Translations under genes and position numbers: made by a program
In this document: in pieces, positions 1 through 9,072 of the stretch
Layout of the letters: every line of letters starts with the position of its first letter
Numbering within the stretch: the stretch's first letter is position 1
The notes under the pieces: model-generated
Databases searched by the model: none
Seen by the model: only the letters and a program-made list of their open reading frames with translations
What the model was told of the DNA's origin: nothing
Origin: an uncultured Bacillota bacterium
GTDB lineage: Bacteria; Bacillota; Clostridia; Christensenellales; UBA1242
Assembly (NCBI GenBank): GCA_938034555.1
Contig: CALHLT010000025.1
Span: forward strand, 27,469 to 91,468
Direction: 5' to 3'
Length of the DNA: 64,000 bases

Positions 1-587
1 GAACATACACTCCAATTCCCGACAGAATTATTGCGGGAACATATTTAATTGCTGCGCTTGCCCTTGGCGGTGAAGTTGAATTTCAAAATTTCCGCCCAGA
101 ACATAACCAAGCACTTTTGGAAAAAGTTAAGCAAACAAACGCAAAAATTAAAATTAAAAATAACACGCTTTATGTTAAAATTGACGGACGCCCAAAAGCG
201 ATTTCAAAAATTGAAACTTCGCCATATCCCGGCTATCCAACCGACCTCCAAGCCCAAATGCTTGCTCTTCAAACAATTTCAAAAGGGACAAGCATTGTTG
301 TTGAAAATCTTTTCGAAACAAGATTTAAACATGTTCCAGAACTTGTTAAAATGGGCGCAGAAATAACTGTTAAAGACCGAACGGCAATAATTCGCGGCGT
401 TGAAAAACTTTATGGCGCAAACATTGAAGCTGCCGACCTTCGCGGGGGAGTTGCTCTTGCAATTGCATCTCTTGCCGCAAGCGGACATTCAACACTTTCA
501 AATGTTAATTTAATCGACCGCGGCTATTATAAATTTGAAGAAACATTTTCGCTCCTTGGGGCAGATATTAAACGAATTTCAGAATAA
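1..587 (+). CDS. murA: UDP-N-acetylglucosamine 1-carboxyvinyltransferase MurA, C-terminal part (5' end outside window)
   Basis: Frame 3 is open from nt 3 (TYTPIPDRIIAGTYLIAAL...). The C-terminus ...LIDRGYYKFEETFSLLGADIKRISE is MurA-like. Stop at 585-587. Confidence 0.85.
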   Translation, partial: TYTPIPDRIIAGTYLIAALALGGEVEFQNFRPEHNQALLEKVKQTNAKIKIKNNTLYVKIDGRPKAISKIETSPYPGYPTDLQAQMLALQTISKGTSIVVENLFETRFKHVPELVKMGAEITVKDRTAIIRGVEKLYGANIEAADLRGGVALAIASLAASGHSTLSNVNLIDRGYYKFEETFSLLGADIKRISE

Positions 588-670
588 TCTTAATTCATTA
601 ATAAAAATATTTTGTTTTTACTTGAAAAGTATTCATATTTTTGATATACTAATTTTTATAAGGAGAAAAT

Positions 671-1174
671 ATGAATAAAGAGAATATGAACAAAGAAAAC
701 TTAAACGCAGATAAGTCAGAGACAGAACTTGCATGTATAATTTTAAAACCTGGTTTTAGACAATTTGAAAAAGCAGTTGTTGCTCGATTTAGCGAATATG
801 GAAAGGTAACAAAAAGAGCAGTTATGATTTTAAACGACGCAATTCTTGCTGACCACTATCCACATCTTATTCCTCTCATTGGAGAAGAGGGTTTTAGAAA
901 TGTTTGCGACTACATGAAAAGCGGGCCAGTTACTGTCCTTCAATTTGAAGGCAAAAAAGGTTGCATTAAACATCTTCGTAAAGGCACAGGAGCAACAAAA
1001 GATCCAGAAGTTGGAACGATTCGCTACGATTTTGGAATTGGCGACATAACTCGAAATGTTATTCATGTGTCCGACAGCCCAGAAGCAGGAATTATTGAAT
1101 GCAACAGAATGTTTAGAGATGCAAAAAAATATGGCGTTAAAATTTTAAGCGGCGAACAAGAAAGAACTTGCTAA
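671..1174 (+). CDS. ndk: Nucleoside diphosphate kinase-like protein
   Basis: RBS AAGGAG 7 nt upstream. NDK-like blocks ILKPGF, MKSGPVTVLQFEG and NVIHVSDSPEAG; the active-site His is followed by V, where the canonical motif is HGSDS. Confidence 0.65.
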   Translation: MNKENMNKENLNADKSETELACIILKPGFRQFEKAVVARFSEYGKVTKRAVMILNDAILADHYPHLIPLIGEEGFRNVCDYMKSGPVTVLQFEGKKGCIKHLRKGTGATKDPEVGTIRYDFGIGDITRNVIHVSDSPEAGIIECNRMFRDAKKYGVKILSGEQERTC

Positions 1175-1194
1175 AAAGCAAGTTCTTTTTTTTT
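1163..1194 (+). terminator. Rho-independent terminator after the ndk-like gene
   Basis: Stem agaacttgc/gcaagttct with a 5-nt loop, followed by a 9-T run. Confidence 0.6.
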
Positions 1195-1238
1195 AAGCGC
1201 AAAAACATGTTTTTTGCGTTTTTTTATTTAATTTTTCA

Positions 1239-2807
1239 TTAAGACATATATTCTTCGAATGTGCATTTCTTATCAACAAATGTGTTTTCGTCAACAATAT
1301 CAATAATTCTGTTTGCAACTGTTTCAACAATTTCTTGGTCGTGCGAAGCAAAAATCATAACCCCTTTAAAGTTAACCATTCCTTTGTTAAGCGCGGTTAT
1401 GCTTTCAAGGTCGAGATGGTTTGTTGGCTCGTCAAGAAGAACAACATTTCCTCCTTCAAGCATCATTTTTGCCATCATACATCTAACTTTTTCTCCTCCC
1501 GAAAGAACGTTTGCTTCTTTCAAGGCTTCTTCGCCAGAGAAAAGCATTCTTCCAAGCCAGCTTCGAATGTATGTTTCGGTTTGATCTTTTGAGAAACGAC
1601 GGAGCCAGTCGACAAGCGAAAGATCGCAGCCCTCAAAGAAAGAGCGATTGTCTTGTGGGAGATAGGTAACTTTTGTTGTCTTTCCCCATGTAACGGTTCC
1701 GCTGTCTGGCTTTTCAAGTCCAAAAAGAATGTTGAAAAGCGTTGTTACGGCAAGACCGTTTGAACAAAGAATTGCAATTTTATCATCGCGACTAACCGTG
1801 AACGAAAGATTGTTAAACATTCCTTTTTTAGTTAGGTTTTCAACTTTTAAAATTTCCTTTCCAATTTCTTGAGTATATTCAAAGTTAATGTATGGATATT
1901 TTCTTGAAGAAGGTTTGAAATCGTCCAAAGTGAGCTTTTCAAGTTCTTTTTTTCTTGAAGTTGCTTGTTTCGATTTTGATGCGTTTGCGGCAAATCGCGC
2001 AATGAAATCTTTAAGTTCTTTTGCTCTTTGTTCTGCTTTTTTGTTTTGTTCTTTTGCTTGGCGAGCCATAAGTTGGCTTGTTTCATACCAGAAGTCGTAG
2101 TTTCCAAGATACATGTTAATTTGACCATAGTCAACGTCGCATGTGTGTGTGCAAACTTTGTTTAAAAAGTGACGGTTGTGGGAAACAATGATAACTGTGT
2201 TTTCAAAGTTAAGAAGATAGTTTTCAAGCCAGCGAGTTGTTTTAAAGTCTAGGTTATTTGTTGGTTCATCCAAAATCAAAATGTCTGGGTTGCCAAAAAG
2301 CGCTTGGGCAAGAAGAACTTTAACTTTTTGTTTTGGGTCGATATCTTTCATTTTTGTGTCGAAAAGAGAATCTGGAATTCCAATTCCGGAAAGAAGAGTT
2401 TTTGCTTCGCTTTCTGCTTCCCATCCGCCAAGTTCTGCAAATTCAGTTTCAAGTTCGCCGGCTTTAATTCCGTCTTCTTCTGTGAAATCTTCTTTCATAT
2501 AAAGTTCGTCTTTAAGGCGTTGAATTTCCATAAGACGCTTATGTCCAAGCAAAACTGTTTCCAAAACCGTGTTTTCGTCATATTTGTTTTGGTTTTGTTC
2601 CAAAACCGACATTCTTTCGTTTGGATCTAAGATAACTTCGCCTTTGTTTGGTTCAAGTTCGCCTGTTAAAATTTTAAGGAAAGTTGATTTCCCCGCGCCG
2701 TTTGCGCCAATAATTCCATAGCAATTTCCTTTTGAAAATTTAAGATTAACATCCTTAAAAAGAACTCTGCCGCCAAATTGAAGTGTTACGTTTGAAACTT
2801 GAATCAT
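1239..2807 (-). CDS. ABC-F family ATPase (YbiT-like), no transmembrane domain
   Basis: Two ABC cassettes. NBD1 has GANGAGKST and LLAQALF..ILILDEPTN. NBD2 has LSGGEKVR and VVLLDEPTNHLD, but its Walker A is degenerate (CSNGLAVTT). Confidence 0.85.
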   Translation of the reverse strand: MIQVSNVTLQFGGRVLFKDVNLKFSKGNCYGIIGANGAGKSTFLKILTGELEPNKGEVILDPNERMSVLEQNQNKYDENTVLETVLLGHKRLMEIQRLKDELYMKEDFTEEDGIKAGELETEFAELGGWEAESEAKTLLSGIGIPDSLFDTKMKDIDPKQKVKVLLAQALFGNPDILILDEPTNNLDFKTTRWLENYLLNFENTVIIVSHNRHFLNKVCTHTCDVDYGQINMYLGNYDFWYETSQLMARQAKEQNKKAEQRAKELKDFIARFAANASKSKQATSRKKELEKLTLDDFKPSSRKYPYINFEYTQEIGKEILKVENLTKKGMFNNLSFTVSRDDKIAILCSNGLAVTTLFNILFGLEKPDSGTVTWGKTTKVTYLPQDNRSFFEGCDLSLVDWLRRFSKDQTETYIRSWLGRMLFSGEEALKEANVLSGGEKVRCMMAKMMLEGGNVVLLDEPTNHLDLESITALNKGMVNFKGVMIFASHDQEIVETVANRIIDIVDENTFVDKKCTFEEYMS

Positions 2808-2946
2808 GTTTTTTCCGCCTTTAATTAATTTTTGCTTTCAAAGTATAACATATAAATATTTTATAATCAAGGGAAATCATAAGTTAAAATCGCTTTGAAA
2901 AAGGGGAATGTGTGTGATAAAATTAAAGGCAATAAAGGAGAATCTT

Positions 2947-3273
2947 ATGGAAAAAGATTTTGAAATTGAAGCCGAAGAAGAAAGAGAACCAAACGAAGTT
3001 AATTGCCAAGAATATTTCGATGAAATCAAAAAACTTGCAAACGACATGATGGCAGAAATCGACTATACAACAAGAATTAAAAGCGATATTCGAGAAGAAG
3101 CATATATAATTCTTGACGCAATTGTTAACGCGTGCGAAATTGAAAACCTTAAAATTTTAAATGGTCTTATCGTTGGATTTGACTATGTTGCTTCAAGCAT
3201 AAAATCAATTAAATTTTTGTATAAAGAAATGAAAAATGTTCTCATGGATTTCTATGAGGAACTTCAAAACTAG
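2947..3273 (+). CDS. Hypothetical small acidic protein
   Basis: ATG at 2947 preceded by AAAGGAG. 108 codons with no motif I recognise. Confidence 0.45.
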   Translation: MEKDFEIEAEEEREPNEVNCQEYFDEIKKLANDMMAEIDYTTRIKSDIREEAYIILDAIVNACEIENLKILNGLIVGFDYVASSIKSIKFLYKEMKNVLMDFYEELQN

Positions 3274-3314
3274 GGCAAAATCGCCCTTTTTTGTTTAAAA
3301 AAGTTGGAGAAGAA

Positions 3315-4106
3315 ATGGACACTAAATTTAGCATTGAAGAAGTTGAAAAAACAATAACAACATATAAGAAAAATCAACTTGCAAACGGAATTGTTGTTTC
3401 AATTAAAGATGACGGGCTTGTTTTTAATCTTGGCGGAAAACTTGATGCTTTCGTCCCAAGCGGCGAAGTCGAAGATTTTTCAAATTCGAAAATTGGCGAT
3501 CGTTTTTCAGTTCTTGTAACTGGAAATCGAACAGAAGACGGAATGATTGAAGCGTCGCAAAAAAAAGCCGCTCAAATTAAACTTGAAACACAAAACGCAA
3601 AAGAAATTAAACTTGGGGCTGCTTTCCCAATTGTTATTTCAAAATGTTTAAACGACGGCTCGCTTGCCTCCAAAATGGGAGAATATGAAATTGTTATTCC
3701 CGCAACCGAAATTTGTTCATATAAATCCGTTAACCCAAGAAGTTATGTTGGGAAAAAAGTTATGGCAATTGCAACAGAAATTAACGGCGAGGAAAAGAAA
3801 ATTAAAGCTTCAATTCGAATTTTGGAAGATAAAACACACGCTGCAAACGAAGAGGTTTTTTGGCAAACAAATTTCATAAATAAAATTGTTGACGGAACAG
3901 TTAAACGCTTTGTTCCATATGGTGCATTTGTTGATGTTGGGGGAGTTAGTTGTCTTTTGCACATTTCAAACATTTCAAATTCAAAAATTAACAGCGCTGC
4001 CGATGTTTTGGAACTTGGGAAAACATATAAGTTTAAAATCCTTTCGCTCGACCGCGAAAACAAAAAAGTTTCGCTTGGACTTAAGCAACTTCAGCAAAAA
4101 AAATAA
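3315..4106 (+). CDS. S1 RNA-binding domain protein (ribosomal protein S1-like, short form)
   Basis: ATG at 3315 after GGAGA. Repeated S1-type blocks, e.g. GTVKRFVPYGAFVDVGGVSCLLHISNIS...KFKILSLDRENKKVSLGLK. Confidence 0.8.
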   Translation: MDTKFSIEEVEKTITTYKKNQLANGIVVSIKDDGLVFNLGGKLDAFVPSGEVEDFSNSKIGDRFSVLVTGNRTEDGMIEASQKKAAQIKLETQNAKEIKLGAAFPIVISKCLNDGSLASKMGEYEIVIPATEICSYKSVNPRSYVGKKVMAIATEINGEEKKIKASIRILEDKTHAANEEVFWQTNFINKIVDGTVKRFVPYGAFVDVGGVSCLLHISNISNSKINSAADVLELGKTYKFKILSLDRENKKVSLGLKQLQQKK

Positions 4107-4129
4107 AGCCCCATTTAAGGGACTTTTTT

Positions 4130-4205
4130 TGGAGCTGATGGGCGGATTCGAACCGCCGACCTATTGATTACGAATCAATTGCTCTACCTGCTGAGCCACA
4201 CCAGC
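4130..4205 (-). tRNA. tRNA-Thr (anticodon CGU), CCA encoded
   Basis: The reverse complement folds as a cloverleaf: acceptor GCTGGTG/CATCAGC, D arm GCTCAGCAGGTAGAGC, anticodon arm ATTGA-TTCGTAA-TCAAT, T arm GGCGG-TTCGAAT-CCGCC. Confidence 0.85.
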
Positions 4206-4274
4206 GAACAAAAAATATAATAGCATAATTTAATAATTTGTCAAATAAAAACAAAAGATATAAAGGGGGAAAAT

Positions 4275-4943
4275 ATGGGAATTAATATTGCAATTGATGG
4301 AACTGCTGGAAGCGGAAAAGGCTCCGTTTCAAAACAACTTGCAAAGCGCCTTGGTTTTTTCCATTTGGACACCGGCGCAATCTATCGAAGCGTTGCATAT
4401 GCTGCGCTTGAACAAAAAATTTCGCCAAATGACGAAAAAAAACTTGAAAAAATGCTAAAAAACATTAGTTTTTCCGTTAAACTTGAAAAAGTTGGCGAAA
4501 ATCAGGTTCAAAAAAACATTTTAAACGGGGAAGATTTAAAAGAGAAAATTCGAACAGAGGAAATAAGCGAGGCTTCCTCAATTGTTTCCCAGTTTAAAGA
4601 AGTTCGCGAATTTGCAACTTCAATTCAACATAAAATTGCAAATAAGTATGACGTTATAATTGAGGGGAGGGATATTGGAACTGTTGTTCTTCCAAATGCC
4701 GATTTTAAATTTTTCTTAACTGCAAGCCCAGAGGTTAGGGCAAGAAGACGCCTTGCGCAACTCAACCTTCCAGAAGGCGAATTTGAAAATGTTTTAAAAG
4801 AAATTAAAGAGCGAGATAAACGCGATTCTCTTCGAGCAATAAGTCCTCTTAAAGTTGCCGATGATGCAATTTATGTTGATAACAGCAATCAAACGGTTGT
4901 TGAAACTGTTGAACTAATGTTTAATTATATTACTGGGAAATAG
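4275..4943 (+). CDS. cmk: Cytidylate kinase
   Basis: IAIDGTAGSGKGSVSKQLAKRLGFFHLDTGAIYR P-loop and Cmk N-terminus. RBS GGGGGA upstream. Confidence 0.9.
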   Translation: MGINIAIDGTAGSGKGSVSKQLAKRLGFFHLDTGAIYRSVAYAALEQKISPNDEKKLEKMLKNISFSVKLEKVGENQVQKNILNGEDLKEKIRTEEISEASSIVSQFKEVREFATSIQHKIANKYDVIIEGRDIGTVVLPNADFKFFLTASPEVRARRRLAQLNLPEGEFENVLKEIKERDKRDSLRAISPLKVADDAIYVDNSNQTVVETVELMFNYITGK

Positions 4944-5004
4944 ATGAAACGAAACAATTTTAAAATGTCTGACTTTCGGTTGGTAGAATTTTTTAAGTTA
5001 AAAA

Positions 5005-5029
5005 ACAGCAGAAATTTCTGCTGCTTTTT
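5005..5029. terminator. Bidirectional hairpin between convergent cmk and the deacetylase gene
   Basis: cagcagaaa/tttctgctg palindrome flanked by an A run and a T run. Confidence 0.5.
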
Positions 5030-5031
5030 AT

Positions 5032-5772
5032 TTAACTTTTTAAACATTCCGAAACGGTTGTTAAGTTAAAACCTTCGCTAAGAAGAGTTTCAACAATTTT
5101 TGGAAGTGCGGCGGCTGTTTTTTCGGTTGGGTGCATGAGAATGAGGTCGCCCCCGGCTGCGTTTTTAACTGCGCGAGAGTATATTAGGTTTTCGTCTTGG
5201 TCGCGCCAGTCGATTGTGTCGCGGCTCCACATAATGCTTGTGTAGCCAAGTTCTTTTGCGGTTTCAATTGTTGTTTTGGAATAGGAACCGCTTGGGGGAG
5301 CAAAAAGGTTCATTTCAACGCCCAAAATTTCTTTAACAAGATTATGTGTGTTTAAAATTTCATTTTTGTTTTGCTCATAAGAAATTTTTTTGTGGTCCTT
5401 ATGATAGAATCCGTGATTTGCAATTTCATGCCCGTCGTTATAAATCATTTTTAAAAGTTCTGGATATTGTTTTGCCCAAGTTCCGCCAACAAAAAATGTT
5501 GTTTTAATGTTATTGTCTTTAAGCGTTTTAAGCATCGGTTCAATATAATCGTTTCCCCAATAAACGTTAATCATAAGAGAAATGTTTTTTGAGGAAGTGT
5601 TGCCGTGATAAACCGCTTCAACTTCGTTTGCATTAAACGCGTTAAGCGTGCCGCCAGTGTAGGTTATAACGAAAAGACCAATTAAAACAACGCCAATAAT
5701 TAGGTTGGCAAAAACATTGCGAAAAACTTTTTCTTTCTTTTCTTTCTTACTAAAAAAACCACAAATTTTCAT
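5032..5772 (-). CDS. Polysaccharide deacetylase family protein (PdaB-like) with N-terminal membrane anchor
   Basis: NodB-type blocks TFFVGGTWA, GHEIANHGFYH, FAPPSG and LILMHP. Hydrophobic N-terminal segment. Confidence 0.85.
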   Translation of the reverse strand: MKICGFFSKKEKKEKVFRNVFANLIIGVVLIGLFVITYTGGTLNAFNANEVEAVYHGNTSSKNISLMINVYWGNDYIEPMLKTLKDNNIKTTFFVGGTWAKQYPELLKMIYNDGHEIANHGFYHKDHKKISYEQNKNEILNTHNLVKEILGVEMNLFAPPSGSYSKTTIETAKELGYTSIMWSRDTIDWRDQDENLIYSRAVKNAAGGDLILMHPTEKTAAALPKIVETLLSEGFNLTTVSECLKS

Positions 5773-5902
5773 ACAAATTATGTTTATGCATTGTTAATTC
5801 CTGTTAGCACAAAATTCAATCTTAAAATGCTTTAGCAAGATTTTTAGCAATAAAAAAAGAGCATCATGCTCTTTTATTTATCTTTTAAAGGTTGGGAAAG
5901 GT

Positions 5903-6157
5903 TTATTTTTTCCATCTTTTAAGGGTTGGAAAAAGATTTGTGCAAAATTTTTCCATTTCTTCGTTTGTCATTCCTGCTTGCGAGCCAAATTGGGAACACA
6001 TTTTGATGTATTCTTCCATTGAAACATCGTCTATGAATCTTCCGTTTTCATAGCAATATTTGCAATAGTCTTGGTTAATTGAACCGTCTTGGTTTGTTCC
6101 AAGTTCGCTTTCGTTTGAAAGTGGCATTCCGCAACTTTGACAAATTTTGTTTTCCAT
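5903..6157 (-). CDS. Zinc-ribbon domain protein
   Basis: CQSCGMP...CKYC cysteine pairs in an 84-aa ORF. Hairpin plus T run downstream at about 5857-5873. Confidence 0.6.
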   Translation of the reverse strand: MENKICQSCGMPLSNESELGTNQDGSINQDYCKYCYENGRFIDDVSMEEYIKMCSQFGSQAGMTNEEMEKFCTNLFPTLKRWKK

Positions 6158-6188
6158 GTTTTTTTCTCTTTTTAGAATATGAGGAACT

Positions 6189-6449
6189 TTATGAAAGTTC
6201 CTCTAATATGTTATTAATTTCTGCGGTTGCATCTGCGCCTTCGTTAATTCTGTCGAGAAGTTCGTAAAGAATTGTTGCTTGCGCTCTTGCAATTTTCTTT
6301 TCTTCCTCTTTTGCTGCTTCAAGTTTAAGAGGGGAGGAACAACGAGGGCAAAAACTCATTTGTGCTTTTCCGTCGTTTCCAACATGCGCGCCGCATTTTG
6401 CGCAATATGCTTTTTTGTCTTTTTCGCCAATTTTAATTCCAAAATCCAT
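6189..6449 (-). CDS. Small zinc-ribbon protein with acidic helical tail
   Basis: ATG at 6449 is preceded by AGGAGG and lies 1 nt after the stop of the upstream gene. CAKC...CPRC motif. Confidence 0.55.
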   Translation of the reverse strand: MDFGIKIGEKDKKAYCAKCGAHVGNDGKAQMSFCPRCSSPLKLEAAKEEEKKIARAQATILYELLDRINEGADATAEINNILEELS

Positions 6450-6450
6450 T

Positions 6451-7758
6451 TTAAACCTCCTGTTGTGGGTCTTGTTGTTTCTTAGTTGGGGAAATTTTTG
6501 AAACGCTTGTTGGATTCTTTCCTTGTTTTGTTGCATCATTTTGCTTTGTTGCCTTCTTAATTGCTTTCAAGAATTGATTTGTTCCTTTTCTTGCGTTTTC
6601 TTCGGTTTTGTTAATTGTTTTTTCAAGGCTTTCGTTAACAACATTTGCAATTCCTGTTAAGGCCTCGCTAACGCTGCTTGCGATTACCGAGCTCACATAG
6701 TTTGAATCGTCAATTTGATGTTCGTGAGGAGCATTATAATCATTAAAATAAGCGCTAACTTGCGAAACAAGCTGTCCTTCTTTGTTATATCTATGTTCAA
6801 AACCAACTTTAAACCAATCTCTGTTAAGGGAGTATGGACCAATTAAAGGACGATTATAGTTAAACGAATCATATTCTGCCATTGGGCCAAAGCAAAGATA
6901 GGTGCAAGATTTTTTCTCGTTTAAATTTGTTGGGTTTGTTGTTAATGCGCCAAACGAACCATTAAATTTTGCAGTTGTGTTCCAATAGATGTCGAATCCT
7001 GGTGCAACTTTTTGGGCATAGTTATCAAGGTTTTCTAACATTTTTGCGCGAGTTGAGCCTGGGGGATTAAAGTTTGTTATTGAAATTTTTGCATCTTTCT
7101 TATATGGGTCTTTAAGATTGAAAATTAAAACTGTTCGATAGCCCGTAACTTTTTCTGGAATTCCAAGAACGTCTCCAAGCATTTTCATAAGGTCTGGACC
7201 ACCATTTTTAATGATTGTTTTTTCAACCTGACCGCGAGAAAGCGCAACAATTTTGTTTTGAAGGTCGAATTGTTTAATTTTCTTTGCAACGAAACGAACT
7301 TGCTCAATGTATGGCAAAATTTCCTTATAGTTTCCCGTTGTAACTCTTGTGAAAATATTTTCCAAAACTAGGGCAGAGTTCCTTGAACTTGCAATTGTTT
7401 TAAAAACGTGGTCAATCCATTTTTCATTTATTTTGTTAAGTTCGGAGTCTGGGAAACGAACTCTTTTTGCATCTGGGGAAATGTTATATTTGAAATCATC
7501 GCCGTGTTCATTGTTTACAAGTTTATAGGCTCTTCCAAGGTTTAAGTTTGAAACAACATTAAAACCAAAATAGTTGTTGTCGACATCATATGAAAGAGTT
7601 GAAATAATTTCGTCTTCCTCCAAAGCAGAATTATCAAGGATTTCAACTTCTTCTTCAACTGCTTCAACATCAAAAGATGAATCAATGTTGTCTTTTGTTC
7701 GGAGCTTCTTGTCAATAACTGAAAGAGCTCTGTCATTTTCGCTTGCTGCTGCAACCAT
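6451..7758 (-). CDS. Hypothetical protein, 435 aa, no recognisable motif
   Basis: Long ORF with RBS GGGAGG, packed between the phosphoesterase gene and the zinc-ribbon gene. Acidic N-terminus and K/Q-rich C-terminus. Confidence 0.6.
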   Translation of the reverse strand: MVAAASENDRALSVIDKKLRTKDNIDSSFDVEAVEEEVEILDNSALEEDEIISTLSYDVDNNYFGFNVVSNLNLGRAYKLVNNEHGDDFKYNISPDAKRVRFPDSELNKINEKWIDHVFKTIASSRNSALVLENIFTRVTTGNYKEILPYIEQVRFVAKKIKQFDLQNKIVALSRGQVEKTIIKNGGPDLMKMLGDVLGIPEKVTGYRTVLIFNLKDPYKKDAKISITNFNPPGSTRAKMLENLDNYAQKVAPGFDIYWNTTAKFNGSFGALTTNPTNLNEKKSCTYLCFGPMAEYDSFNYNRPLIGPYSLNRDWFKVGFEHRYNKEGQLVSQVSAYFNDYNAPHEHQIDDSNYVSSVIASSVSEALTGIANVVNESLEKTINKTEENARKGTNQFLKAIKKATKQNDATKQGKNPTSVSKISPTKKQQDPQQEV

Positions 7759-7772
7759 AATATCCTCCCTAC

Positions 7773-8936
7773 CTATTCTTTTCCGTTGTCGTTCGAGATT
7801 TCATTTTGTTTCTGTTGTTTTTTAACAACTTTCTTGTTAATAAGTTTTCTTTGAGTGTTTGTTAAAAGCGAACTGTATGCTTCCTTATTGATTTCAATTC
7901 CTGCTTTTTCAAACAAGTCGGTTAATTCTTTTGTTTTTTCAAGAATTTCTTTCATATAATCATTTTTTGTTTGGTCAATTGATTTCTTTGCACGTTTAAT
8001 GATTGCGTCTTTTTCTTTTGTGTTTGTTATTGAAAGAATTGGGATTGAGCGAGTTGCTGGAACAAATTCTCTTTCTTTAACTTCGCTTTTCGATTGTGGG
8101 TTGTAAAGAGGGTTTTTTGCGCTGCTTATTTCAATTGCATAGTATGGAGAACGAACGCGTTGGGTGTGGGTGAATTCAAAAGGTGTTTGTCCTTCATTTG
8201 GTAAAATAACGTTCATTGTTTCGTGTTTAATGCTTGTTTCAAGTTCTGGATCGAAAATTGAATTTGCTTGGGTTTGAACTTTAAGTCGATGCCAATGCCC
8301 AACAACATTAAGGTCGGAATTTGGACATTTAGATTGAAGTTTTGTGAAATCAACGCCGTCGCCATGGTGTGTTACGATTCGATATGTGAATTTTCCATCT
8401 TTGCTAAGTTTGTTTTTAAGAACAATTTCTGTAACAGCAAAATCTGGGGCATACTTATTGCTTACGTCAAGTGTTTTTGCTGCTTGTTCAATAATGTTAA
8501 GCCCGGTTTCCTTGTTAACGCGTTTTTCGTGGTTTCCTGGGTGGAGGACCTCAATTTTTCCTGCTTTTGCAACTTGCGAGAAAAGGTCAACAAAGTTGTC
8601 CCATTGTTCGTTTGGATAGAGCAGGTCGTCGAACATATTTTGAACAGCATGAAGAATTGCTGTGCTAAGCATATCGCCAAGAATGAAAAGATATGCGTTT
8701 GAAGTGTTAAGTGTGTATTCCAAAACTTCAATGCATCGGTCTATATCAAAGTTTTGGGCGCCAATGTGCCAATCGGAAACAAAAACTGCAACAATTGTGT
8801 CGAATTTGTTAGACAGGTCAATTGTGTTGTATGCAACGGAGGTGTCGGTTGTTTGTTCAAGTTTCTTTCGATAGTTCTCAATACTTTTGCTTTGATTAAG
8901 CTTTTTCTTTTGACTAACTTTAGTTGGTTTATTCAT
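7773..8936 (-). CDS. Calcineurin-like metallophosphoesterase with C-terminal lysine-rich helical tail
   Basis: Ordered motifs VSDWHIG (DxH), LGDML (GD), PGNHE (GNHE), THHGD and VGHWH (GHxH). Confidence 0.8.
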   Translation of the reverse strand: MNKPTKVSQKKKLNQSKSIENYRKKLEQTTDTSVAYNTIDLSNKFDTIVAVFVSDWHIGAQNFDIDRCIEVLEYTLNTSNAYLFILGDMLSTAILHAVQNMFDDLLYPNEQWDNFVDLFSQVAKAGKIEVLHPGNHEKRVNKETGLNIIEQAAKTLDVSNKYAPDFAVTEIVLKNKLSKDGKFTYRIVTHHGDGVDFTKLQSKCPNSDLNVVGHWHRLKVQTQANSIFDPELETSIKHETMNVILPNEGQTPFEFTHTQRVRSPYYAIEISSAKNPLYNPQSKSEVKEREFVPATRSIPILSITNTKEKDAIIKRAKKSIDQTKNDYMKEILEKTKELTDLFEKAGIEINKEAYSSLLTNTQRKLINKKVVKKQQKQNEISNDNGKE

Positions 8937-8970
8937 TGCGAGCCCTCTTTTTATTAAATTTTACACTTAA

Positions 8971-8999
8971 ATTTTAACTTAAAAATGTCTTAAAGTCAA
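8971..8999 (-). promoter_or_regulatory. Sigma-70-type promoter of the phosphoesterase operon
   Basis: On the minus strand: TTGACT, 17 nt, TAAAAT. It lies about 34 nt upstream of the ATG, with AAAGAGGG as RBS. Confidence 0.5.
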
Positions 9000-9072
9000 C
9001 CCCCAATAATTTAAAAATTTAAAAAAAATTGATTTTTGTTAGTTTTAAACAAAAAAAGAAAATCGCCTCAAA

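Noticed and set aside
49-366. 105-aa ORF in an alternative frame over murA. The track holds many similar short ORFs inside or antisense to long genes, e.g. 279-488, 1261-1584, 11113-11463, 61591-62118 and 62980-63300.
   Set aside because: They overlap confidently identified genes, have low-complexity K/F/L-rich products typical of AT-rich off-frames, and lack RBSs.
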